A stretch of DNA of 64,000 bases from Iphione sp. A-MEVVRFRX5 (GCA_976226885.1 OZ320316.1:59582001-59646000), one strand, 5' to 3'; shown: positions 1-13,697, counted from the first letter of the stretch. Numbers and translations are program-made. Notes: generated by a model not told the origin, from the letters alone.

Positions 1-1
1 T

Positions 2-882
2 CTATACAGCGATCTGTATTGCAAACCAACGGACTCACACAACTACCTACATTACACCTCTTCCCACCCACCACACTGCAAGAGAGGCATCCCCTATGGA
101 CAATTTCTCAGACTTCGGAGAATTTGTCACCGGATGGAAGACTATGTCAAACATTCTTTGGTAATAGCGAAACACTTCGTTCTACGTGGTTACCCTCATG
201 ATTTAGTAGCAGAAAGCTTATTAAAAGCAGGCAACACCCAAATTGGGGACAACCAACATGCATCAGGAGAGGTAGACCATGAGGATCTAGACCCACCAAT
301 ACTCGTTACCAGTTACCACCCTGTCTACAATGCCCCAAAGAGGATAGCACACCACAATTGGGACATTTTAGCCACTGCAAGGAGAACGAGGAAACTCCAC
401 TCCAGCCGTTTCATTACGGGCCTCAGGAGGCCCAATAATCTAGCTAATTACCTAGTAAGGGCCAAAATCGATTATCATCCTGAGAGAAATCAGAAACATA
501 AATCAGCGTTGTCGGGCAAGGCACTGACAGAATGCCAAAAACCGAACTGCAGATACTGCACATGCCTAGACACAAGTGGAAAAATAACCTCAAAAACGAC
601 CGGTAGAAGCTATCACACAATGACAAACATGAGTTGTCAATCATCAAATTTGATTTATTCCAAAAAAAAACAAAATTGGACACCGATATCGGCAGCCATT
701 ACAACAGCCACCAACATAATGGCCTAAATGACATGAAAATACACATATTAGAATTCATACCATGTCACCCAAGCTCGGATAGAGCCAGCACACTGAGGAA
801 CAGATTTGAGAAAAAATGGATATACAGGTTGAAAAGCACAATCCCAAACGGACTCAACCTGATTGATGTTGCGGATTACTAA
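2..882 (+). pseudogene. Disrupted PLE RT/GIY-YIG polyprotein C-terminus
   Basis: Frame A (2-658) ends ...CQSSNLIY. Frame B (ORF 634-882) gives DIGSHYNSHQHNGLNDMKIHILE...RNRFEKKWIYRLKSTIPNGLN*, the GIY-YIG C-terminus. The expected segment between them (CxxC..YxGET..L..R..EH) is missing, and the frames switch at the A-run 662-670. Confidence 0.88.
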
Positions 883-1053
883 TGGGACGGAGATCGTCAC
901 AGGAAAACACAAAGTTTCATAGAAAAATTTTTTTTTTGCTTTTGTGCTCCTAAGGTGACCTCTCTGTCCCATATCAAGATAAATGATTACACAGATGTTA
1001 TAGTCATTCACTACATGTACTTGTCACAGAAAATCTAAACATAACAATTTAGA

Positions 1054-1289
1054 CCACCAAAAATTAAAAGCCTGATGAGCTCAGAAGAGCGAAACCCTGT
1101 TTTCAATAGCAATATTTTATTCAATAAAATTTTGAATAAATATTTTATTGTGGTTAAGAGACCTCAATCATCACAAAACCCCAGGGACTATTTCTCTTGG
1201 GGAGGGATCATAGGGTGACAAGTCATATCACTGGGCAGGAGGCATGACAACAACATTCCATTTGTCATAACAGGGTAGCTTTTTGGTGG
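1054..1289 (+). ncRNA. Type I hammerhead ribozyme with large stem III insertion; predicted cleavage GUA^G between 1277 and 1278
   Basis: Core CTGATGA 1072-1078; stem II GCTC(1079-82)/GAGC(1087-90) with loop AGAA; GAAA 1091-94; stem III ACCCTGTT(1094-1101)/AACAGGGT(1269-76); A1277 as H17; stem I AAAAGC(1066-71)/GCTTTT(1278-83), extended after a bulge by CCACCAA(1054-60)/TTGGTGG(1283-89). Confidence 0.88.
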
Positions 1290-2685
1290 ATAGACAACTC
1301 TTTACCTCGTTTCAAGTTAGCACCTAATTCTATGTCTACCTCCGGTTGATGCAGTGCAGCACGAGGTATGTGAATACCTACGCAAAACCTATCACTGAAA
1401 GCAGTGCATATACACATACCCTATATCGACACGTATCTATATACTCCATACTTTAGAGGACCAGGGCAACTGCTTCTCCCTGATTCTGGATAACCCGTCA
1501 ATCCCAAACAGACCACATTGTGGACATTCAGAATGGAGCTAGATCGTGTATGCTTGTACATGTATTTCAACTATTCCGCTCTTCGGGACGTCCCAGAAAC
1601 TGGTCAGTTTAGTTCCCCATCATACTTGCTGGGCAGACCAAAGGGTTTCTTTTGTCTATACCCTGTCCGTAGCTGTTTGAAGATCCCGCACTCTGACACT
1701 CGTGAATGTAACCTATCGGAGCGAGTAAATATGCCTCGGCCGGAGACGTGTGAGTGTATACCTTATCCTAGGATAATCATTGTGCAGCCTCAACACCGCC
1801 ACTGACGACTACACGGCTCTGATGGGCTGCCACTTCCCTCACTCCTTGTCGCTAGCTGTAACGCCGGCTTCTCTCCGCGCTGTATCTATAATAGACGGTG
1901 TGTGTTGACTGCGGGCTCACAGTGCTCTAACCAAGGCTGACACTGCTTGAGGGGCCGCGGAGGGGGACTGGGGGAGGGGCCTGATCAGCCGCAGGCAGGA
2001 AACCCCTGCTGGCCTAGCGCTGGTTCCATGTACACCGTGGATTGAGATTGCCATCAATGACAAGGCCAAATTGATGGATCGATGCCCTGAGCGGCGGAAT
2101 GTGATTAGCCGGCGCTGGTGCCGACTACATGGCCATGCTGACGGCCGGCAGAGGCGTTCAATAGATGCTATTGGCTTCCCAAAGGCGCCCCACGAGGTAT
2201 CCAACAGCTCAGCGACGCCCACCGAGCCATTTCCCGACGCTCTATGAGGTGTTTGACCGCGGGGTTTATTGTCAGCTAAGCCGAAGTGGCGAACGGATGG
2301 AGCGTTGCAGGCGAACCGGACTCAGGACCCTGCCACCAGAGAGAGGGAGAGAGAGAGAGTGAGAGCCTGTTGATGTTGCGCCGCTCTTCCATGCGGGGAC
2401 CCACATAAAACCCACACCAACGCCCACACACGCCAACAACAAATCTCCCAAAGTCTTTACCCCCTCTGAGCACACCGGAATTATTCGACGAGCGTTTTAT
2501 CTAACGTTAGGTTGCTGTGCCCCCCCCCCCCTTTTCAGATCTAGCTGCTCGGGTGATATTCATACTGCGAGAACCAGAAAGAATAAATGTGATTAATCAA
2601 GTTGGCAACAGCACATAGTCATCGTCGAAATGCCTTAAATTCATGCTGAAACCGTCTGTTCCATCAGGTTGACGGCTTCGTTGAT

Positions 2686-2765
2686 ATTAGTAGCATGTAC
2701 CTCACAGAGCTTAGAGCATAGCCACTTCATCCTATAATTAGTAGCATGTACGTTCCCTTAGAGTT
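2686..2765. repeat. Diverged local tandem duplication (~51-bp period)
   Basis: ATTAGTAGCATGTAC at 2686-2700 and 2737-2751, each followed shortly by CTTAGAG. Confidence 0.6.
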
Positions 2766-5700
2766 GTCATTAGCATAGTTCAGCAGTAGCATTGCTCTTC
2801 AAGCTCAGTAATCCTTCTTCAAAAATATGTAACAGACGTCATAATTGAGACCTTTTGCTAGTGGAAAGAGGCCGTACTTGATTACCTCAGTGTCATGAAA
2901 AATAAAAACGGTGAACGTTGATGAACTAGGGTGTCACGCTATGTACTGGTGACTATGAAGTACATGCAGTCATAACACACACTCTGGAGGGAAACTTGGG
3001 GTGCACGAGACTCCGATAGGTAGTTGAGGACATTGTGGCGAAAGTCCACTGCCACTTGTTCAGACCGTTGGGATGTGTGGCACCATGGCCAGTGATCGTG
3101 GTATCTGCTTCGATTTCTGTTTGGTTGAACACAGAGTTATAAGGGAGGGTAACCTGTGGGGTTTATCTCTACATGTTGGCGTAGCAGTATTTTTTATGGG
3201 ACTCCATAAAATAACAATGTAAACCGGTCATTAATATCATTGAGGCAGCGCGATAAGCTTACTAGAGAGAGTCAACATTGACAGAGGTTTGCTTGTGCAT
3301 GCGGTCCATAGCATGATTCTTGTAGGTATTTTTTTCGAGGAGAGGCGTTCCTCCCATCCTTTTGTTACTGGCTGATGAAGCGATCCTCTTTGTGTGAAGG
3401 TGTTTCTGGAAGGTATGAGATATTTTTCCTTGAAGACGCAAAAAAAATGGACCCCAGTTTTTTTTTTTAAATCTAGAAGGCCCCATTTTTATTTCTCAGA
3501 CACAACTGTACTACCTTCGGTTCATTTACAAGATACTTTTACCACATAGTCGGACGTTGGACAAGCAGGACGCCTTCACACTCTGTACTGCTGGCCTAGA
3601 AATACACCCTAGACACATTAAGATAACAGAGGAGACACTTACTGTTCAACCACTCTCCAGAATTTGTGTCGGCGATTTCCAGAACGCGTCTTTGAAAATG
3701 AAAAAAGTCGACTGTATTGTATTAAGCTCAGATTGCTTTTGCCGAATTACTACAGCACGAAGACGTATGAAATTACTTAATAGTTATTTTGTGGACTATT
3801 GTTATAGTAACTTCAGAGCGTGGAATATATGTTTGCACACGAAGTACCTAAGAAGGAAGCGGTGGTAACAAATATCCGTGTTACCGAGGAACAGTGTTTA
3901 TCTTCGAAATAAAAGGCAAACTCATTCTAAACACAGAATATGGCGTACTTAGGATCACGTTTCTTTATAGGAAGGTCAGCCCAAACAAAATGAAACCCAG
4001 CAAATGCTTTTGACATGTTTATGCACAGTATTTCACTATAGTCTACAATCAATGGTTTTTGACGTATGGATTGTAGCTTTTGTATCAACTTGGTAAGAAG
4101 AACTATGCATATTAAAAGAGACCTCTCCTTCTGTCTGCGTGTCGCCACCTTTCAACTAGAGGTCGTACCACTTGTTTTGTCATGGCAGAGCACGGAATTA
4201 ATGTTTTTCCCCATTGTGTTATGCAATCAAAATATATTTGCGCGACTGCTGCTTGGCCTCCCACAATTCGTGTTTCCATATACCAATTATTTATGTGTCA
4301 GTGGGTCTTTACTGAATCCCACATGCTGTCAAGGGGGGGGGGGCTTTTTTGTGTGCCACGAATTTTACCTTGTGTTGTCATCATGGCTGACATTATCTAA
4401 AGCACCTATCTGATAAACTAATTAGCGTGCAAAATTGCAAGCGACCCTTACAGCTCAAATAATCAAGGCATGACTAATCTGGGGGTGGGGGGTGGGGGTA
4501 GTCCGCATTCTTGGCGCCGGAATGACGGTCGTGCTGATGGGTTCAAATGTAGATTTGGTAAATTATGGTTAAAAATGTGACGATCTGTCGCCCTTATGGG
4601 GATGGATTGCGCCTATACAGTGAGGGCAGGTCAGCGCAGGTTGGGAGGGGGGGAGTTGCTCAGTCAAGGAACCAGTATACATGTACATGTATATATATTC
4701 TCGTCATACTTTTAGGGAGTTGGCTACTTATTGTACTTAATCTTTATATGATCTGGAACATACACAACATTGTCGAAAAATGCACAACTACACTAATTTG
4801 GTGATCCATCATCCTGGTGACACATGCTGCATCAGTAGCGAAGTAGAGTGCCCTCAGCACCTGCATCCATCAAAACGATTCTGCGCCTTGTAAGAGAGGT
4901 TTGATACACCAGGTTATCCTGGCTCTATTCGATTTCAGGCCATTCCGGATGTGTAATCTTTTGGATTGATAGGCACAAAGGTGATAAGATTAGACAAGGC
5001 CCTCGAGTGATAGTTGGTCTGAAGATAGCCCTCTTAAATGATATCATTCAGACCTTGAACCCTCTTATATTAGTTGTTGCTGCAGATACATAAAGTGTCT
5101 TCCTTTGCGCTTTCAAAGCTAGCAGGCCTTGTGGGTTTTTTTTTCATACTTTGTGGGCTCGCTATACGTACTTTAAACAAGCAACCTGATGTAGACCTGC
5201 AGTTCCCTACGAGTGCCTAGATTTTTATCCATAAACGTACAGGAATTGTATCAAGATGTATCAGTTAAGAGCCATTATTATGGACTGTCTGCTTTGTCAC
5301 GAGATAACATTTTTTTTTTCTTATCGATGTAGTCCCTCCCGCGTTGAAACGTTTACATAGACATTGAAAAACAAATTAATTTTTATGTAGCTCAAATTTA
5401 ATCGTGCATGCATGTTGAAGTGTCTGTAAGTACACCACTGGAGATAAGCAATTCATTGATATTTCATGTTCCATTTGGAGAATGTAGAATTTTATTCCCC
5501 ACCAGAAACCTTTTATTCACGTGGCCGTTGGAAAGGCAAACTTGAGTATACACTCGAGATAACTAGCCCATGCTTTAAGATTACAACTTCTTACGCGGAC
5601 CCCTGCTTTCAGTACCATTTGAGGGATATACATCAAAGAAGTCTAGAAGTCTAAGTGATCTATCCCTCTGTCATTGATTATTGGAGGATTAGGTCTCGTC

Positions 5701-8700
5701 ACAACACAGCCAGAGACTTACCTCTAGCCCACACACAGATTGTCCTCGCCAGTCAAGGTAGAACCTTCCTCTTAGACTGCTTTGATGCCGGAGTTTGATC
5801 CTCGGGCTGAGTGAATTCCCATAGACGTGCCTGGTCATGTAACGCGCATACATGCTCGCACATGCACACACACAATATCGCACATTCTATGGACGCGCAT
5901 GATAGACACAGGGAAACCCAGACACATACATACCCTATAGAAAACCAAACATCATTTTGTTTCATATTAACACGTTTTTGAATTTAAAACCGAAGACGTT
6001 CTCCATTGCAGTCTGAAATAATGCAGATGGCTGACCACATAACCATATTGCCTCTTTGAAACCAGAGACAAAATGATTTTGATGCATTATTGCAAAAATA
6101 GCAGGTCGTTCCCCACCGAAAGTGTAGATGGTGCAGGCAATTTGGATTATGCAAAAAGGGAAAGATTGATGTTTGCAAGACATGCATGCGGGTAATACTG
6201 TTGTAGGCTCTCGAGCTGCTCGAGTTGCTCAGGCAAACATTGTTGGTAATATCCTGTTTGTTCCTCCAGTAACCTTTGTGAGAATGAACACATTGTTTTT
6301 ATTTACACGGGTTAGGGATGCTCATTTCACCGAGTAGCCGAAGTTAGAAGCGACGCTGAGTAGATGAAATCTTTGGTGGTAATACCGGCGATGCCAGAGG
6401 TACAACTGGCTGGAGGTGATTGATGACCTTACGCCGCAGGGCGTTCAGGTGAAAGGGGGTGTAGACGGCTCGGACTTCCCCCGACAGCTGCCTACTGGTA
6501 ACTTGGACACCATCCACTTTTTGCCTCCGTCAGGCTCACCGCTGGCTGCCTGCACAGTCCCTTCTACTGGGCCTGTGTACTAGGCATGTGGATGCACTCT
6601 AATGCCACATGTTAGCAGGTGCTCCGGCCTAACAACAGAGGAAACCCACCCACCTCTAATCCGCATATAGTCAACCAACGCACACATGGAACCGAGCATT
6701 TGCCAACGACCCAAACAGTGGGAGCAAGATGTTCCGTATTATTTGTGCCAAAGGTACAAACACTTTTTTGTTTAGTCCATCTATATTTCACGAAAAGTTC
6801 AGAAAGACTATTCAAAGAAATAAAACATTCCTCAAGCGTTTTGAGGATCACATATATATGCCAGCACATTTTAGGATGAGTGCTTGATGTTGTTCATCCC
6901 GAACATAATGCTAGTCTGTAGCTTTTTGCAGTCAACTAACTTGGATGAACGAATTGCTTGTTGAGTCAAAGCTGGTGATCCCATCAGGGGGTCACTGCAG
7001 GTGCCCTACGCTGATACTCATGTCAGCTACCTCAGCAATGTGGAAACCATCTTGTGGTTCTCTCCTGGTTTTCAGTTGGCAGATTGTGGGGATTTTTTTG
7101 TCGGTTATGTAACTTCCTTTCTCCGGTCTTTAGCATTATTGGGGCACTTTTTCAACCTCGCAGTTTTTTACTAATATGCCGGAATCTCCTCCCTTTTTTG
7201 ATCGTCTCAACGAAGTAACATCCTTTCGTCAAGTACGGAGCTTGGCAACTGAACACAGTTCTTGCCAAAGAAGACCTATGCATACCGTTTCTAGAGCCTA
7301 GTACTACGACACACATCCAATGCCGTAGGTCATTTCCTCTCGGCGTGTTGCTTTGGTCAAGTTAGTTTTGTTGAACATGCAAAATAAGCGCCAGTGCAGA
7401 GGTACATTGAAAGGCCTGTAAGCGCCGAAGTGTGCACGGCTGTACTACCGCAGGTGACACGAGTGACATCGTGGTCGGGCTGCATTTTTACCTCTGGGGA
7501 ATCAGGACGTACGAACGACAGACCTAACTCGACCTACAAAATTTAACTGACATCATCCATCAAACTAAGGCTTACTGAACCGACAAATACAGAGACTGGA
7601 TAAGTACATGGATGACAAGGTTAACTCGTACATCAGACCTCCTCTGCCTTTGTATGTTTTATGGTCAAAAAAACAAACAAGCAAAAATTTCACTTATGCC
7701 GGTTTAAGCAAGTCGTCTTCTCCCAGAGTAAGCACGCTATGCGCTCACAGATGCTTTTAAAAAGGAACCAGTACTCGTCTTTATTCGTAGTATTTATTTT
7801 TTGTGCTTCGGCGGAAGTGCGTAAAAGAAGGCAAACACACATCCTTTGATAGACGTGTGCACGTCATGAACATACCGCGGGCAGTGTATGTGACAGCTTT
7901 CCAGCCAGTATACTTTCATTATTAGCTAAACGTAATGCTCAGTATATTGTATGTATGGAAGCACCTACCGGGGCTCTACCACAATTTTTTCACTCCCTCT
8001 TCCCGTCACTATGCCCTGCCCGATGACTGAATGAGCAGACAATATGATGAGAAGTGCTGACCTATATCCTTCCAGCCATCCCCGAAAGACTCATCACTAA
8101 GTGTCGAAGCATTACAGGGCCATTTAGACCTTGCGCCAGCACGGCACCTTTGCGAAGTGTAGAGACAATCAACAAGCAATAATACTCAATTAATGTTAAT
8201 GGTTTGGCTTTGTAATTGATAACGACAAAAATGGACGGTAAAGGAGCAGTGGCCTGGCAGTCTACATACTGGCGGAAAGGTTAGACAGTCCACATTAGGG
8301 AGACATACATACTTGTCAGATCATATAAATACCACATTGAATTGCCTTCTGCCTGGCGGAGATGTCCTGTCATCATGATTCTTCCATATTATTTCCCTGT
8401 CTAGGAACCACGAGCGAGCCTTTGAACTCATACTGTACAAAAGGTTTGCTCTGCTGCCTCTCACCGCAGTTAGTCTCTCTTTTTTTAACACTAAGGCTGA
8501 GCAATCGATTACAATTACTTTCCTGCACGTAGTTGTGGGATGTACATGTAGTTGTATCCATTTCTATATAACACTTCTGTATTATTGAGAGGTATTTGGT
8601 AGCAGAACGACCAGCATGGCGTTGGATGATGGTTCGCGCCACATCAAATGCCACGCTGCACTTTATTCAGAGCGCTACTACGGAGCAAACATCAATGCGG

Positions 8701-9354
8701 TGCGTTGCGAGTGTACCGTGCGTGATGTTGCTGGTTATCTGAGCGGCACATCTGGTCTATTTTAGTCAGTCACTCGACGATAATATAGGGCTTTCCGCCG
8801 TAAAACGTTTACATCAAATGGCTCTCCGAGTTTCTATAGCGTTAAAACGGAAGGCCATCTAAGGCAAATGTCAGTTGTGGCAATATTTGGCATCAATAGC
8901 CATGTATTGATAGCATCCCTACAACGGATATTAAAATGTTATGGAAATCGTGGTCATGAGTCACAGTAGATACATTTGCCCCCCCCCCCGGAAAATACAT
9001 CTCGAGGAATTGTTCCTGGCTAAGAGACTTTATGTGATTGATGTAGGATGATTAGTAAATGGAAGTGACACACACGTGTCATATTAAGACCATAAATTTC
9101 CTGTCTATTTATATCTACTTTTGTACTGTTACCGTCCATATTTCCGTATTGAATAGTGTCTAATAATTTTCAGCAGAATCATTATACTATGTAGGATGCG
9201 CTCAGGGCTTATATGAACCACTATATGGGCAATTCGGTAATTGTTTTAAATGTAACCATTTGTATTCAAAGAATATGATCGGGGAGGCTTTATTATATGT
9301 TACATTGATACAAACAGAAAGATTCACCCCGAATTATTGCTTGATGTCTTTCAG

Positions 9355-9471
9355 GAAATATTGAGTATTCCTGCCCTGCCAACGGCAACTGTGAAATCAC
9401 CAAACGACGTCGGAAGGCCTGCCAAGCCTGCCGCTTCCAGAAATGCCTCCGAATGGGAATGCTAAAAGAAG
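9355..9471 (+). CDS. ERR: Estrogen-related receptor, exon encoding the second zinc finger of the DBD
   Basis: tcag|GA AAT ATT GAG...AAA GAA G|gtacgt; 117 nt; (G)[38 protein letters not shown](G). It is too short to appear in the ORF track. Confidence 0.97.
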
Positions 9472-12400
9472 GTACGTTTCTTCCAGTGGAAACAAATAAC
9501 TGCACATTTATTTCTGCTTCACCCTCGGGACAAACAGTCAGTTTTTCTCCATCGACAGTAATAAGTGTAGGCGCTTTTTAACCACTGAACCGCTGTAAAC
9601 TCGGCGAGTAGATATGTGGAGAATAATATTCCTTCTTATCTGATTTATAAAATGAAATTAGCTACTGTAGTTGCTACCTGTAACAGGAAAGTTTTCGGCA
9701 TGCCTGTGTATTAAATGTTAGTAGTAGTTGCAAGGGTCTTCTTAGATGGAAACCTTTGATTTTCAGAACAGCGAATACGTTTTTTGTAGAAAGCGAGACA
9801 TGCAAAGATAATCGTAGTAAGATATATTTAGAGAAACCTCTTGTTCGCAACATACTATCATGACTTAACACTTCATGTACAGATATTAATATTTGTCATG
9901 AAACCTAGTAGAACAATCCGATCTGTGTGCGGTCTGGTCCCGGCCCACATGGTAAGTACATGTGCATTGATAATGCTCTTGTTTGCAGTCAGCTGACCAA
10001 TTCAAGGGCGATAATGCAAATAATCTTTCACATTGCTTCTGTCACGTAGTAGGGGGATGTGCATGTTGTTTCCTCCGTAAACAGCCATTGATTCAGCGGT
10101 CATTCCAGTTGCTATTCTTTTGTTATGCGACTCTTGTCACCATGCAAAGGCCACGGGAAGTCCAACCGGAAATAGCTGCCCGCTGGAAAGAGTGGCGCAT
10201 TCTCATAGCCGCGGCCGTCAGGGGCCAGCTTGGTCAAGGCAGACACAAAACGAGGTTTTCCACGAAGGTTCCCAGGCAAAGAGTGACGCAACGACGTCAG
10301 CACGGGGAAGCTGCGGCAGTAGGGGCAGCAATTAAGCCACTGGACGTAGGCGTTGATGTAAACTGCGACCCGTCTGGCTCTCGCGGGTGAAAGCAGGCCC
10401 TGGTCATCCCTGGGGAAATCTCTTGTCAAGTAGGCTTTGGCCATACAACGTACACTGATGGGATCTCATTCCACTCGTCAAAAAGATCAAGTGCCTGCCT
10501 CATGATTAATATCATTAAAGGTTACGGATGGTCAAATCGAATTCGCGTGATTACTGGGAGATTAAAGATGGTCTTTCCATGAGAAGGTAACGGTCTTCCT
10601 CGATCATCCTTTGACATGGCTCCTTTGGTCATGCCCATAGAATCATTATTAGGCTTGCTAGGCACCTCTGCTAAATATTATTTTAGTAGCTTGATTGTTT
10701 CATTCGATTATAGTTTTTCTTTATCCTGTGCCATCAGCCTCCCGGGCCTCCACACCTAAGCTGGCGTGTGATGTAATATAGTTAGGATTAATGAAAGACT
10801 GCCTCAGCACAGAGGCGGCTCAGTCCGTAGAAGCTGCTGCTGCCTGCACCTCGTCCCACGAGACCGGCCGGTGGCTGTGAAGTGATGGACAGTGATAAAT
10901 GAAATGTGATATTGTTGTGTTGACTTATATACATGTATTTCTCGGTGGCGTTATCTGCTTAGCTATTGTTCTTCTCATTGTTTTCTGTTTATATTCTGTT
11001 TGGTCGGTATTTTCCCCCACCCATCCTGTGATATGTTTTCCACCGAGCCGATGCGGACTAGCACATTATAGAAGGCCGTTTGAAAGAAATTACTTCATTT
11101 CGTTCAAGATTGCCGATGATAATATGCTATATCGTCCATAATGTCAATGGTAGGAACGAGGAGTTATAGGTCGCGTTAAAAACAGTGATTAATAAATCTA
11201 TATGAGCTGGCTGCAGACGGCTGGGATGGCTTTCATATGCTTACAGGGAGAGTAGGTTAGATAATTTGGGCCTGAGCAGGTCTGCGGCCCCTAGATCGGC
11301 TCACCTTGCAGCTCGCCACCGGCAGCCCGCGGCTACATTCAGTGCACGCCCCGCCTGCACAGCACTGGGCCGGGCTGCTTACAGTAGGAACTCACATCAT
11401 CATGCGACAATTCAAAGGCACGCCAGCAGCAATGTAAGTGATAGGAATGGCTAGGAGGTGAGGTGAAGGAGCCGGGGAATCCACATAGTTAGCGGAAGCA
11501 TGCAAGGCGGCGATGCGCTGGGCTGCGCAGTCTCCATTGTCATCTGGAATGTACACGGATTGATTCTTACACGGCGCGCCGTCAGCGGGTGACCAGGCGA
11601 ACGATGAGCCCCAACAGTAAACAGGTCCGCCAGGTCTCCAGCATAAAGATGATTGCACACAGAGAAAAGGCTTACGCGACTTGTCTCTTCTCATTGGATG
11701 GGTCCTTGGGATAGTATATAGAATATCACATTAAGAGCCGTATCCTTGGGGGTGTGACGTAGGAATCGGATGACATGAAGCTATATTAGGGATATAGAGA
11801 ATGGGTGATGGGAATACATGGATCTAGAGTTAACTTTAATGGCGAGGCTACAGGCCAGTATGTGGGCATTGTATTACACTGCCAGACACGAGAGTATTGA
11901 ATTGCCAGGGGTAACAGCCTGGCGGAAGCCAGCTGGACAATTCAAATGGTGGGCGTCGCTACGCAGGTCTCTGGGCATTCGTACTCACTCTCTAAAACAG
12001 ATCGTTGACCATAGATATACGCAGTCTTTGTTAGAAGGCGAATTTAGACAATGCATGTATGCCCCACTTATCTTGTGGTTGATAGACTTTTCTCTCTTTT
12101 TTCATATGAACAATCGTTTGGAATAAAATAAAGAGGAAAGGAGAGACACACCTTGCTATGCTCAGTAGGAATGTGCTGCCCTTCGTGAAAACAGGACACC
12201 CGCTATCAGGCATAGACTGATCTATATTCCTTGGAGCACTCTCACCGGTAGACAAGCATTTCCTACAGGTCAGCTCAGCTCTCGATTGTCTGATCAGTGT
12301 CCCAGACGTACTAACCAGACATGGCAAGGTCCTGGCCGAACCGGGATCGTGTGTCCTAAATGAAATCTGCATTGCTCATTACCTACATTATGTGAGGAAA

Positions 12401-13586
12401 GGGGAGAGAGTAGAGTGTGTTTGCTACGTAAACCACATTCGATCATTAACTGAGTGCGCCAGTCGAAACCCTATCATGTTAATAAGTGCCCGAGCACTGA
12501 CGCAAGAACGGCGATTGCCAAATGAGCCTTGGCTAGCGTTAGGCGGCAATTCCCACAGTTGGCTGGTGGCGCTCCGCCCCAATACACAGCCTCCACCGCC
12601 CAACTCCTTTCAGCGTGTCACATTACAAGTACATCTTTCTATTTTAGAGCCCCCACCCCCTATCTCTCCTTTCCCACCAGGCGTTGATATTGCTACTGCA
12701 ATGTAGCATTGTGGGCAGATTTATCAGTTATGAAACGTTCTTAATTACTTCGTTCTGGTCAAATGTTGAGCCGACATTGGTGTTGTATTGCGTAAAGAAT
12801 AGGGGCAAACCATGTTGCTAAGAATGACAGTAGGTTCTAAGAAGTGCCAATGCAAGCCAAGCAAGAAAAACATATGTACATGCACTTGATGTAAAAACCA
12901 AATTTGGAAATAAATACATGGGGGCTATGCCACTCTTTATGGACTTGGTTGAGGTGTTTTCTTTTGAATTCAGTAGAAATATGTGCTAAGTGTCTGTTGA
13001 TATGGTTTATTTTCTTGCCAAATTGGTAGCATTACATTTGTATGTTATTTTGTATATGTTTAATTCGGGTGGGAGGCTATGTGCATAAAACTCATTATAG
13101 CATATGGGGCAAAGCCACTGTCCTGTTTGGACAGTAAATATGAGTTTGAAGTATGGGGTGATAAAGAGATTCTTTGGGGCTTCTTTTTTGTATTAGTCAC
13201 TTTAACAACTCATATGTATGACATAATTTCCTCCCATGAGTTTTCTTATGATTTGAAGCTTGGTTTTCTGGATTTACATGCATTTTGTATATGTGCATGT
13301 ATAGATATTCCAGCAGAAATAAAGATTAAAAGAACTGAATTTTATGACAGGAAATATATTCCTATTTAATTGTTGATACTGATACTATTGAATGGCCTTT
13401 TATCACATTGAGGACAGATCAGGAATCTAAATGTTCCTTGGCAATTAACTATTAATTACTGCATAGAGTTAGACCGAATGATCTGTCATCAACAAGGATA
13501 ACACATAGTCTGAACTCGTTTTAAGGCAGCATATAACAGAGTAAGTGTGGCTAGCTGGCCAGCCAAAATCTAAGAAATATAAAACG

Positions 13587-13697
13587 GAGGAGGAGCAGCA
13601 GCAGCAGGAGGAGGAGGAGCAGCAGCAGGAGAAGCAGCAGCAGGAGGAGGAGGAGCAGCAGGAGAAGCAGCAGCATGAGGAGGAGGAGCAGCAGCAG
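13587..13697. repeat. Compound (GAG)n/(CAG)n trinucleotide repeat, 37 triplets, intronic
   Basis: Alternating GAG and CAG blocks with two AAG and one CAT interruption. It produces the poly-E/Q ORF 13545-13727. Confidence 0.95.

Larger units (their letters stand above)
1..1289 (+). mobile_element. Penelope-like retroelement (PLE), 3' part, probably Neptune-like; runs off the 5' edge of the window
   Basis: The frame from nt 2 reads LYSDLYCKPTDSHNYLHYTSSHPPHCKRGIPYGQFLRLRRIC...LRGYP, the typical PLE RT C-terminus. It continues through a CQKPNCRYC linker and GIY-YIG remnants, then a downstream hammerhead ribozyme as found in PLE pseudo-LTRs. The 3' boundary is taken at the end of the ribozyme and is approximate. 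Confidence 0.9.

Noticed and set aside
1-9354. Search for the ERR first zinc-finger exon (CLVCGD..SG.HYGV.SCEACKAFFKR)
   Set aside because: No matching codons found by eye; the ICVGDFQ stretch near 3661 is unrelated. The exon is probably upstream of the window.
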